DNA of 64,000 bases from Caulobacteraceae bacterium (GTDB lineage Bacteria; Pseudomonadota; Alphaproteobacteria; Caulobacterales; Caulobacteraceae): positions 22,755-86,754 of the forward strand of contig PLRV01000025.1 of NCBI GenBank assembly GCA_003164925.1, read 5' to 3'. The notes under the pieces are model-generated. The model did no database searches and had not been told where the DNA came from. It saw only the letters and a list, made by a program, of their open reading frames with translations. Shown here one piece after another: positions 53,174-61,173 of this stretch (position 1 is the stretch's first letter; every line of letters starts with the position of its first letter). The position numbers and the translations under genes are program-made.

Positions 53174-53589
53174 CAGTGAACTCCCGAGAAGATCGCCACG
53201 GCCCAGATGGAAATGGCCGCGACCACGCCGAAGGCCACGGCCGCCGCGCCGGTCATGTCTGCGGTCTTCGGGTCGAAGCCTTCGCCGGTGTCCCACACCA
53301 GATGCCGGATACCGTTGGCCAGGTGATAGAACAGGCTGACCGTCAGGCCGAACAGCACCAGTTGGCCCACCGGGTTGGCGAGCAGGGCGCGATAGGCGGC
53401 GAAAGAGTCCGGCCCCATGGCCAGGGCCACCACCCAGCCGACCACAGCCAGGGCGCCGGCGGCCAGCGCCACGCCCGTGGCCCGGCCCAGGATGGAGGCG
53501 GCCATGGTGATATGCCAGCGCCAGACCTGCAGGTGAGGCGAGGTGGGCCGGTCGGCCGGTCCGCGCGGCGCGGGCGCAGCTTTGCTCAT
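53173..53589 (-). CDS. sdhC: Succinate dehydrogenase cytochrome b556 subunit
   Basis: 138 aa, RPTSPHLQVWRWHITMAASILGRATG with 3 TM segments. First gene of sdhCDAB. Confidence 0.8.
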   Translation of the reverse strand: MSKAAPAPRGPADRPTSPHLQVWRWHITMAASILGRATGVALAAGALAVVGWVVALAMGPDSFAAYRALLANPVGQLVLFGLTVSLFYHLANGIRHLVWDTGEGFDPKTADMTGAAAVAFGVVAAISIWAVAIFSGVH

Positions 53590-53775
53590 TTAAAGGACCC
53601 CTCCGGTCTTCCGCATTGCGGCGCCGGTTTTAGCCCCCTGCCCCCAGGTGTCAACGCGCGGCGACGCTAATTCCGGGAGATCGGGGCCCCGGCGCACGCA
53701 TGGAAGCAGGACCAACTCGCGGCGGGCGGCGATAACCTGGGCGAGGCGTGTTTGCGGCGCGAACAGGTCGGCCCG

Positions 53776-54894
53776 CTACTCCCGCGCCTTCTCCAGATAG
53801 CCCTGCGAGCGCATCTCCTGCAGGCGCGAGGCTGTGCGTTCGAATTCGAAGGCGCCGTCGCCGGCGGGATAGAGGTCGTCCGGCTCGGCGGCCGCCAGCA
53901 CGATCAGCTTGGCCGAGGCCTCGTACAGCTCGTCGATCAGCATCACCAGCCGCCGCGCCTCGTTGCGCTTGTCGACGGTCAGCCGAGGCAGGCCCTCCAG
54001 GAATAGGGTATGGAAGCGCTGGGCGACAGCCAGATAGTCCTGTGGGCCCAGGGCGGCGGCGCACAACTCGTCAAACCCCGCCCGCAGGAACCCGCCGCAG
54101 GCGCGTTTGAACACCAGCTTGCGGCCCAGCACCTCCAGGCTCGCCGGAGCTTCGGGCGCGCCCTCCAGCATGTCGATCCACAGGGCGTCGAAGGCGCGCA
54201 GGGTCTCGTCCTTGATCGGCGTCAGATAGGTCCGCGCGCCACGCAGGCGGTCCAGGCGGAAATCCATCGGACCCTTGACCGCCACCACCTGCAGCTTCTG
54301 CTGGAGCAGGTCGATGAAGGGCGTAAACAGCTGGCGGTTCAGCCCGTCCTTGTACAGATCCTGCGGCGGACGGTTGGAGGTGCACACCAGGGTCACGCCC
54401 TCGGCGAATAGGGCTTCGAACAGCCGCCCCAGGATCATGGCGTCGGCGATGTCACTCACCTGCAGCTCGTCGAAGCACAACAGGCGCGCCTGGGCCGCCA
54501 CCAGCGAGGCGACCGGCGGGATCGGGTCGTCGCCCTTGTGCTGGCCGAACTGCTTCCTGCGTGCGGCCGCGTCGCCCTTGCGCCAGTCGTCGATCAGGCC
54601 GTGCACCTCGGCCATGAAGGCGTAAAAGTGGGCCCGGCGTTTCTTGGCCACGGGGGCGGTCTCGAAGAACAGGTCCATCACCATGGACTTGCCCCGTCCG
54701 ACCGGCCCCCACAGGTAGACGCCGCGGGCCGCCTTGGGCTTGCGGAAGAAGGAAAAGCCCGAGCCCTCGCCCGCCTCGTTCAGGTCGCTCTCCAGCCGAG
54801 CCAGGGCCTCGATGGCCGCTTCCTGGTCGGCGTCGGGCCGAAGGTCGCCGCGCTGCAGGCGCTCCCGGTAGGCGGCTCTGAGGGACAAGGGCAT
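53776..54894 (-). CDS. zapE: AFG1-like ATPase / cell division factor ZapE
   Basis: Walker A GPVGRGKSMVMD and Walker B LLCFDELQV. AFG1 family length (372 aa). Confidence 0.85.
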   Translation of the reverse strand: MPLSLRAAYRERLQRGDLRPDADQEAAIEALARLESDLNEAGEGSGFSFFRKPKAARGVYLWGPVGRGKSMVMDLFFETAPVAKKRRAHFYAFMAEVHGLIDDWRKGDAAARRKQFGQHKGDDPIPPVASLVAAQARLLCFDELQVSDIADAMILGRLFEALFAEGVTLVCTSNRPPQDLYKDGLNRQLFTPFIDLLQQKLQVVAVKGPMDFRLDRLRGARTYLTPIKDETLRAFDALWIDMLEGAPEAPASLEVLGRKLVFKRACGGFLRAGFDELCAAALGPQDYLAVAQRFHTLFLEGLPRLTVDKRNEARRLVMLIDELYEASAKLIVLAAAEPDDLYPAGDGAFEFERTASRLQEMRSQGYLEKARE

Positions 54895-54984
54895 GACCGC
54901 CCGAATAGAGCGCGCGGCGGCGAAAGGAAAGACCGACCGACTTGGCTATGGCCCCTTGATGCCGAAGCTTGGCCGGCGCCATCT

Positions 54985-55857
54985 ATGGGCATGCGCCAGG
55001 GCCACCCTCAGGTCGACCACATCGTCGATGTGCTGATCGCCGAACGGGCCCCGCGCCTGCGCGCCTCCTGGGCCTGGCCGCTCGTCCGGCCCGCGCTCTA
55101 TCGCATGCTCGACTACGACGCGGCCCGCGCCATGGCCGACGCCATCGCGCCCATGGGCGGCTACCCGGCGATGGACTACGCCTCCGATCTGCTGAAACTG
55201 GACGTCCGTGTGCAAGGCCTGGAGCACATCCCGGCCAAGGGCCGTATCTGCGTCATCGCCAATCACCCGACGGGTCTGGCCGACGGAGTGGCCCTGTACG
55301 ACGCTCTCAAGACCGTCCGCCCCGACGTGATGTTCTTCGCCAATTCCGACGCGCACCGCATCAATCCACGCCTATCGGACATCTTCATCCCGGTGGAGTG
55401 GGTCCCCGAGAAGCGCACGCGCGAGCGCACCCGCCTGACCTTGCACCTGGCCAACCAGGCCTTCGAGCAGGAGCGCGCCGTGGTCATCTTCCCGGCTGGC
55501 GCCATCGCCACGCCCGACCGGGGCCATCGCCTGACCGACCCGCCCTGGCAGTCCACCGCCGTGTCCCTGGCGCGCAAGCACGGCGCGGTGGTGACGCCGG
55601 CGCACATGGCTGGACCCTGGTCGAGGATGTTCAACGAATTCCATCGCTTCTCCAAGACCCTGCCCTTTTCCAAGGAACTGCGCGACATCACCCTGTTCCA
55701 TGAGTTGCTCAACAAGGCGGGCCAGCGCTTCGACGTGACCTTCGGGCCGCCGATCCCGCCCTCGGCCCTGGAGGGCGACGCGGCGCAGGCGACCCTGGCT
55801 CTGAAACGTTATATCGAACAGGCCTTGCCCAAGCATCCGGACCGGCCCTTCGCATGA
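54985..55857 (+). CDS. Lysophospholipid acyltransferase-family protein (PlsC-like)
   Basis: An acyltransferase block VIANHPTGLADG and VIFPAGAIA. ATG 54985 or 54991; the upstream part of the track ORF is antisense to zapE. Confidence 0.6.
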   Translation: MGMRQGHPQVDHIVDVLIAERAPRLRASWAWPLVRPALYRMLDYDAARAMADAIAPMGGYPAMDYASDLLKLDVRVQGLEHIPAKGRICVIANHPTGLADGVALYDALKTVRPDVMFFANSDAHRINPRLSDIFIPVEWVPEKRTRERTRLTLHLANQAFEQERAVVIFPAGAIATPDRGHRLTDPPWQSTAVSLARKHGAVVTPAHMAGPWSRMFNEFHRFSKTLPFSKELRDITLFHELLNKAGQRFDVTFGPPIPPSALEGDAAQATLALKRYIEQALPKHPDRPFA

Positions 55858-55888
55858 AGCCCAAATCCTCTCATGAGCCCAGCCCCAG

Positions 55889-56338
55889 ATGAGCGTCGAT
55901 ATTTCCCTGGCGGACGCAGGCGCCACCGAGGCGCTGGGCCAGGCCTTGGCGAGGGCCCTGCAGCCCGGCGACGCGATCTGCCTGCGCGGACCCTTGGGCG
56001 CCGGCAAGACCACCCTGGCCCGCGGCCTGATCCGCGCCCTGACCGATCCGGACGAGGATGTGCCCAGCCCGACCTTTACTCTGGCGCAGCTCTATGAGGG
56101 ACGCACGTTCCCCATTGTCCATTTCGACCTCTACCGCCTGGAGCGGGCTAGCGAGGCGGAGGAGTTGGGCCTGGATGAGGCGCTGGACGAGGGGGCGGCC
56201 TTGATCGAATGGCCCGAGCGTCTCGGAGGGCGCCTGCCGCCGGATCGACTCGATATAGAGATCACCTTGGATGCGGAGGGACGGCGCGCGCGCCTGACGC
56301 CGCACGGCGCATGGAAAGGCCGACCGCTTGACTACTGA
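55889..56338 (+). CDS. tsaE: tRNA t6A37 biosynthesis protein TsaE
   Basis: P-loop GPLGAGKTTLARG and the HFDLYRL motif. Confidence 0.85.
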   Translation: MSVDISLADAGATEALGQALARALQPGDAICLRGPLGAGKTTLARGLIRALTDPDEDVPSPTFTLAQLYEGRTFPIVHFDLYRLERASEAEELGLDEALDEGAALIEWPERLGGRLPPDRLDIEITLDAEGRRARLTPHGAWKGRPLDY

Positions 56339-57419
56339 GCGCGACACCGCGAAAGCCGAATTCCTCGCCGTGGCCGGCCTGGCGCAGGCCGAGCGCCGCC
56401 CCTTGCCCGGCGACGCCTCCACACGCAACTACGAACGCCTGGTCCTGTCCGACGGGCAGACCTTCATGCTCATGGACGCCCCGCCGCGGCTGGAAAGCCC
56501 CCCGTGCGATCCGGCCTGGAGCGCCGAGCAACGGCTGGCGGCCGGCTGGAACGCCACCGCGCGCCTGGCGGCCGGCCGCGTGGACGCCTTCGCCGCCGTG
56601 GCCCGCCATTTGCGCGGACTGGACCTGTCCGCCCCTGCCGTCCATGCCTTGGACGGACCGCTGGGTCTGGCGGTGGTGGAGGACTTCGGCGAGGAGGCCT
56701 TCGCGCGCCGGATCGAGCAGGGCGCGGACGAGCGCGAACTGTATTTCGCCGCGGTCGACGCCCTGGCCGCCCTGCATGCGGCTGCGCCGCCGGCCGTTCT
56801 TGAAGGCCCCGGCGGGTCCTGGCCGCTTTTGACCTACGACGCGGTGGCGCTGAAAGCGGGGGCGGACCTGTTCGTGGAATGGACCCCCAAGCTCAAGCCC
56901 GAACTGAATTTCGACGCCGCCGCGCGCGCCGTCTGGGATGAATTGTGGAGCGATATCGCCGCCCGCGGCGAAGCCGGCGCGACAGTGATGGCTCACCGCG
57001 ATTTCCACGCCGAGAACCTGATCTGGCTTGCAGACCGCAAGGGCGCGGCGCGAGTCGGCATGATCGACTTCCAGGACGCGCTCTTGGCCCACCCGGCCTG
57101 GGATCTGCACTCCCTGCTGCAGGACGCGCGGCGCGACGTCTCGCCCGACTTGGAGGCCGAGGCGCTGGAGCGCTACTTCCACCATTGGCCGGACCTGGAC
57201 CGCGAGGCGTTCATGGCCGACTACGCCGCGCTGGCCGCCCTGAACGAGGCGCGCATCCTGGGCGTGTTCGCCCGTCTGGTCGTGCGCGACGGCAAGCCGC
57301 GCTACCTGGAGTTCATGCCCCGCATGTGGCGCCAGCTTGAGCGCAACCTGGCCAATCCGGCGCTGGTCGGCGTGAAGGCTTGGTTCGACCGCTATGTTCC
57401 CCCTGAGATGCGGGGATGA
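56328..57419 (+). CDS. amgK: Aminoglycoside-phosphotransferase-fold kinase, AmgK-like (anomeric MurNAc/GlcNAc kinase)
   Basis: LPGDASTRNYERL and the catalytic HRDFHAENLIW...IDFQDA. TTG start. Coupled to a MurU-like gene (ATGA overlap). Confidence 0.65.
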   Translation: MTTERDTAKAEFLAVAGLAQAERRPLPGDASTRNYERLVLSDGQTFMLMDAPPRLESPPCDPAWSAEQRLAAGWNATARLAAGRVDAFAAVARHLRGLDLSAPAVHALDGPLGLAVVEDFGEEAFARRIEQGADERELYFAAVDALAALHAAAPPAVLEGPGGSWPLLTYDAVALKAGADLFVEWTPKLKPELNFDAAARAVWDELWSDIAARGEAGATVMAHRDFHAENLIWLADRKGAARVGMIDFQDALLAHPAWDLHSLLQDARRDVSPDLEAEALERYFHHWPDLDREAFMADYAALAALNEARILGVFARLVVRDGKPRYLEFMPRMWRQLERNLANPALVGVKAWFDRYVPPEMRG

Positions 57420-58132
57420 ACGTCCCGTCCACAGCCATGGTCCTGGCCGCCGGTCTGGGCACGCGCATGCGTCCGCTGACGGAGGATCGGCCCAAGGCCC
57501 TGGTGGAAGTGGCCGGCAAGCCGCTGATCGGCCACATGCTCGACCGGCTGACGGAAGCTGGCGCGCAGACCGCGGTGGTCAACGTCCACTATTTCGCCGA
57601 CAGGCTGGAAGCCTATCTGGCCCAGCGCCACCAGCCGCGCATCCTCGTCTCCGACGAGCGCAGTCAGCTTATGGAAACCGGCGGCGGTCTGAAGAAGGCC
57701 CGCCCTTTGCTGGGCGAAGAGCCGATCTGGGTCGCCAACATCGATTCGGTGTGGATCGAGGGCGTCAGGCCGGCCCTGCCGAGTCTGGCGGCCGCTTGGG
57801 AGCCGGAGCGCATGGACGCGCGGCTGCTGCTCGCGCCCCTCGAACGCACTCTGGGCTTCGACGGCCCGGGCGACTTCTTTCTGGCGGAGGGCGGCCGCCT
57901 GACGCACCGCGGCGGGGAGGCGCGGGCGCCCTACGCCTACATCGGCGTGCAGATCCTCAAGCCCCAGGCGGTGGACGGTGGGCCGGAGGGGCCTTTCTCC
58001 CTGTTCGCAACCTGGATGGACATGATGGCGCGCGGGCGCCTGTTCGGCACGGTCATGGACGGCTGGTGGATGCATGTGGGCGATCCTGAAGCCTTGAAGG
58101 CCGCCGAGGTCAGGCTGGCGGCCGGGGCATGA
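57416..58132 (+). CDS. murU: Nucleotidyltransferase, MurU-like (MurNAc-1-P uridylyltransferase)
   Basis: AMVLAAGLGTRMRPLTEDRPKALVEVAGKPLI, a sugar-nucleotidyltransferase signature. Downstream of amgK. Confidence 0.7.
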   Translation: MNVPSTAMVLAAGLGTRMRPLTEDRPKALVEVAGKPLIGHMLDRLTEAGAQTAVVNVHYFADRLEAYLAQRHQPRILVSDERSQLMETGGGLKKARPLLGEEPIWVANIDSVWIEGVRPALPSLAAAWEPERMDARLLLAPLERTLGFDGPGDFFLAEGGRLTHRGGEARAPYAYIGVQILKPQAVDGGPEGPFSLFATWMDMMARGRLFGTVMDGWWMHVGDPEALKAAEVRLAAGA

Positions 58133-61100
58133 GCCCTCGGGGTTTTTCCGGAGATGCTTCGGGCGGCCCGCTCGCCCAGCCGGGACCGCGCTGGTTCTCC
58201 ATCCCCGCGGACCGGCCTTTCCTGGAAGACCTGGCGCAGGGGCTGTCGGACAGCCTGCTGCCCCTGGGCCCGCAGGCCTTCGCCCAGGCGGTGGTGCTGA
58301 TTCCGACCCGTCGGGGCGTACGCGCCTTGACCGAGGCTTTCCTCAAGGTAACCGGCGCTCGGGCCCTGCTGCTGCCGCAGGTCCTCGCGCTGGGCGACCT
58401 GGACGAGGGCGAACCGCCTTTCGAACCCGGGGCCCTGGGGATGGATCTGCCTCCCAGCATCGGCCAACACCGGCGGCGGTTCGAACTGGCGCGGCTGGTG
58501 GCCGACAATGCCGACCTGTTCGAGCGGCCCATCGACGCCGCCGGCGCCCTGGAACTGGCCGACGCCCTGGGCGCCTTCCTGGACGGCCTGCAGATTGAGG
58601 AGGCCTCAGCCGCAGGCCGCATCGAGGCCTTGGCGCAGGGCGACCTAGCGCGCCATTGGCGGTTGTCGGCGAGGTTCCTCGGCCTGGCGCTGGAAGAATG
58701 GCCCCGGCGCCTCCAGACGCTTGGCCTCATCGACATCAACGAACGACGGGTGCGTCTGCTGGACTCCTTGGCCCGTCAATGGACCGATAATCCCCCGTCC
58801 ACACCCCTGATCGCCGCAGGGTCCACCGGCGCGGCGCCGGCCACCGCGCGTCTGCTGCAGGCCGTGGCCCAAGCGCCGGCCGGCGCCGTGGTGCTGCCGG
58901 GTCTGGACCTGGACTTGGCGCAGGACGCCTGGGAGCAGGTCGGCGAACAACATCCCCAGGGCGCCATGAAGCGCCTGCTCAGCCGCGCCGGCGTGGACCG
59001 CGACGATGTCCGCCCCTGGCCGACCCGTGACCGGTTCGGGGCATCGCAGGGCCGCTGGCGAAGGCGGCTGATCAACGAAGCCCTGCGGCCGGCCGAAGCC
59101 ACCGCCGACTGGCGCGACCAGATCGCCAAACTGAGGGACGAAGCGGCGGGCGGTGCGGACCCCATCGCCGCGGGCCTGGAAGGTCTGTCCGTGCTGGCCG
59201 GCCGCAATGAGGAGGAAACCGCCGCCCTGGCCGCCCTTGCCATGCGCGAGGTCCTGGAGAGTCCCGGCAAGACCTGCGCCCTGATCACGCCCGACCGCGA
59301 TCTGGCCCGCCGCGTCTCCGCCCGGCTGGCGCGCTGGGGCATCGAGGCGGATTCCTCGGCCGGCGCGCCTCTGTCGCACTGTCCCATTGGCGTGCTGCTG
59401 ACCCTGCTGGCCCAGGCAGCGGTCGATCCGTGCGATCCGGTGGGCCTGCTGGCCTTGCTCAAGCACCCCCTTGCCCGGCTGGGCCTGGAACCTGAGGCGC
59501 GCGCGCAGGGGCTCGCGGAACTGGAGCGGCGCGGCCTGCGCGGACCGCGCCCGGCCGATTGGACGGCGCTGGAGGCCCGGCTGGCCAAGGCTGAAGCGCA
59601 AGCGGCCCTTGAGCTGCTGTCGGCGGCCAAGGCGGCCCTGGTCCCGCTGGCCGGCGACAGCGAAGCGTCCCCGCCCGCCGCCCACGCCCGCCGCCTCAGC
59701 CAGGCCGCCGAAGCTATGACTGCCGAAGCTATGACTGCCGACGGGGCGGGCGATTTCGGCGCCCTGTGGAGCGGGCCGGGCGGCGAAGCGGCCGCCGGTC
59801 TGCTAGCCGCCCTGATCGGCGAGAGCGACGGATTGCCCCTGGCCACCGCTCAGGGCTTCAGCCTTTTGCTGGAACGCCTCATGGCCTCGGTCGCCGTGCG
59901 CCAGGCTGGCGGCGCCCATCCGCGCCTGCACATCCTGGGCGCCATTGAGGCGCGCCTGGTGCGCGCCGACCGCCTGGTCCTGGCCGGGCTGGAGGAAGGC
60001 GTCTGGCCGCAGGGCGCGCCGGTGGATCCGTTCCTGTCGCGGCCCATGCGCGCCACGCTCGGCCTGCCGCCGCCGGAGCGCCGGGTGGGCCTGTCCGCCC
60101 ACGACTTCGCCCAGGCCGCCTGCGCGCCCGAAGTGATCCTGCTGCATGCCGAACGGCGCGAAGGGGCGCCGTCCGTGCCCTCGCGCTGGCTGTGGCGCCT
60201 GAAGACCTTGGCCGAGGGCGCGGGTCTTGCCCTGCCGAACCGGCCCGAGCTGTTGGGATGGGTGCGAGCGCTGGACCGGCCGCAATCCTTCCGTCCCGCC
60301 CAAAGGCCTGAGCCGCGCCCGCCTCTGCGCGCCCGGCCGCGGGAGCTGCCGGTGACCGCGGTGGAGACTCTCACGCGCGATCCCTACGCCGTCTACGCCC
60401 GCCGCATTCTTAAGCTGCGCCTGCTGGACCGGCCCGACGAGCCGATGGAGGCGCGAGCGCGCGGCACCGCCATCCATGCCGCCTTCGAAGCCTTCGCCCG
60501 GCGCTGGCCCGACGTCTTGCCGCTGGACGCGGCCGAGCAGTTCCGGCGGCTGTATCTTCAGGCTCTCGTCGACGCGGGGGCGCCGGAGGCGGCCCTGGCG
60601 CGCGAACAGGCCCTGGCCATCGAAGCCGCCGCTTGGGTCGAGCAGACTGAGCGCCGTCGCCGTGCAAACGGTCCGAAAATCCTGGTGGAGCAGGAAGGGC
60701 GCCTGCGATTCGATTCGGACGCGGGCGAATTTGTGCTCACCGCCCGGGCCGACCGCATCGAACTGACGAGCGACGGCTACGCCCATGTGCTGGACTTCAA
60801 GACCGGCCGAGCGCCCACCGCCAAGGAGGTGCAGACAGGCTTCTCGCCCCAACTCACCCTGGCGGGCGCCATTGTGGCGGCGGGCGGCTTCGCCGCCGTG
60901 GGTCCAGCTCGCCCCGGAGACCTCGTCTATCTGCGTGTGACTGGCCGCCGTCCAGCCGGCGAGGAGATCGTGCGCGCCGCCGCCGGCGCCGAAAGCGCCG
61001 ATCTTTCGGACAAGGCTCTGGCCGGCTTGATGGCCCTGATCGCCCGCTTCGACAACGAGCGCCATCCCTATCGCTCGCGCACCGCGCCCCAGTTCGTGCA

Positions 61101-61173
61101 CAGCTATCGCAGCGACTACGACCATCTGGCGCGGGTCGGCGAATGGTTGGCGATGGAAGAGGACGAGGGATGA
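58129..61173 (+). CDS. addB: Double-strand break repair protein AddB (alphaproteobacterial type)
   Basis: 1014 aa with a C-terminal PD-(D/E)xK nuclease region (RADRIE...HVLDFKTG). Translationally coupled to addA (ATGA). Confidence 0.8.
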   Translation: MSPRGFSGDASGGPLAQPGPRWFSIPADRPFLEDLAQGLSDSLLPLGPQAFAQAVVLIPTRRGVRALTEAFLKVTGARALLLPQVLALGDLDEGEPPFEPGALGMDLPPSIGQHRRRFELARLVADNADLFERPIDAAGALELADALGAFLDGLQIEEASAAGRIEALAQGDLARHWRLSARFLGLALEEWPRRLQTLGLIDINERRVRLLDSLARQWTDNPPSTPLIAAGSTGAAPATARLLQAVAQAPAGAVVLPGLDLDLAQDAWEQVGEQHPQGAMKRLLSRAGVDRDDVRPWPTRDRFGASQGRWRRRLINEALRPAEATADWRDQIAKLRDEAAGGADPIAAGLEGLSVLAGRNEEETAALAALAMREVLESPGKTCALITPDRDLARRVSARLARWGIEADSSAGAPLSHCPIGVLLTLLAQAAVDPCDPVGLLALLKHPLARLGLEPEARAQGLAELERRGLRGPRPADWTALEARLAKAEAQAALELLSAAKAALVPLAGDSEASPPAAHARRLSQAAEAMTAEAMTADGAGDFGALWSGPGGEAAAGLLAALIGESDGLPLATAQGFSLLLERLMASVAVRQAGGAHPRLHILGAIEARLVRADRLVLAGLEEGVWPQGAPVDPFLSRPMRATLGLPPPERRVGLSAHDFAQAACAPEVILLHAERREGAPSVPSRWLWRLKTLAEGAGLALPNRPELLGWVRALDRPQSFRPAQRPEPRPPLRARPRELPVTAVETLTRDPYAVYARRILKLRLLDRPDEPMEARARGTAIHAAFEAFARRWPDVLPLDAAEQFRRLYLQALVDAGAPEAALAREQALAIEAAAWVEQTERRRRANGPKILVEQEGRLRFDSDAGEFVLTARADRIELTSDGYAHVLDFKTGRAPTAKEVQTGFSPQLTLAGAIVAAGGFAAVGPARPGDLVYLRVTGRRPAGEEIVRAAAGAESADLSDKALAGLMALIARFDNERHPYRSRTAPQFVHSYRSDYDHLARVGEWLAMEEDEG

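Noticed and set aside
58645-61125. Minus-strand ORFs of 346, 356 and 440 aa
   Set aside because: They are antisense to addB and have Arg/Gly/Ala-rich shadow composition.
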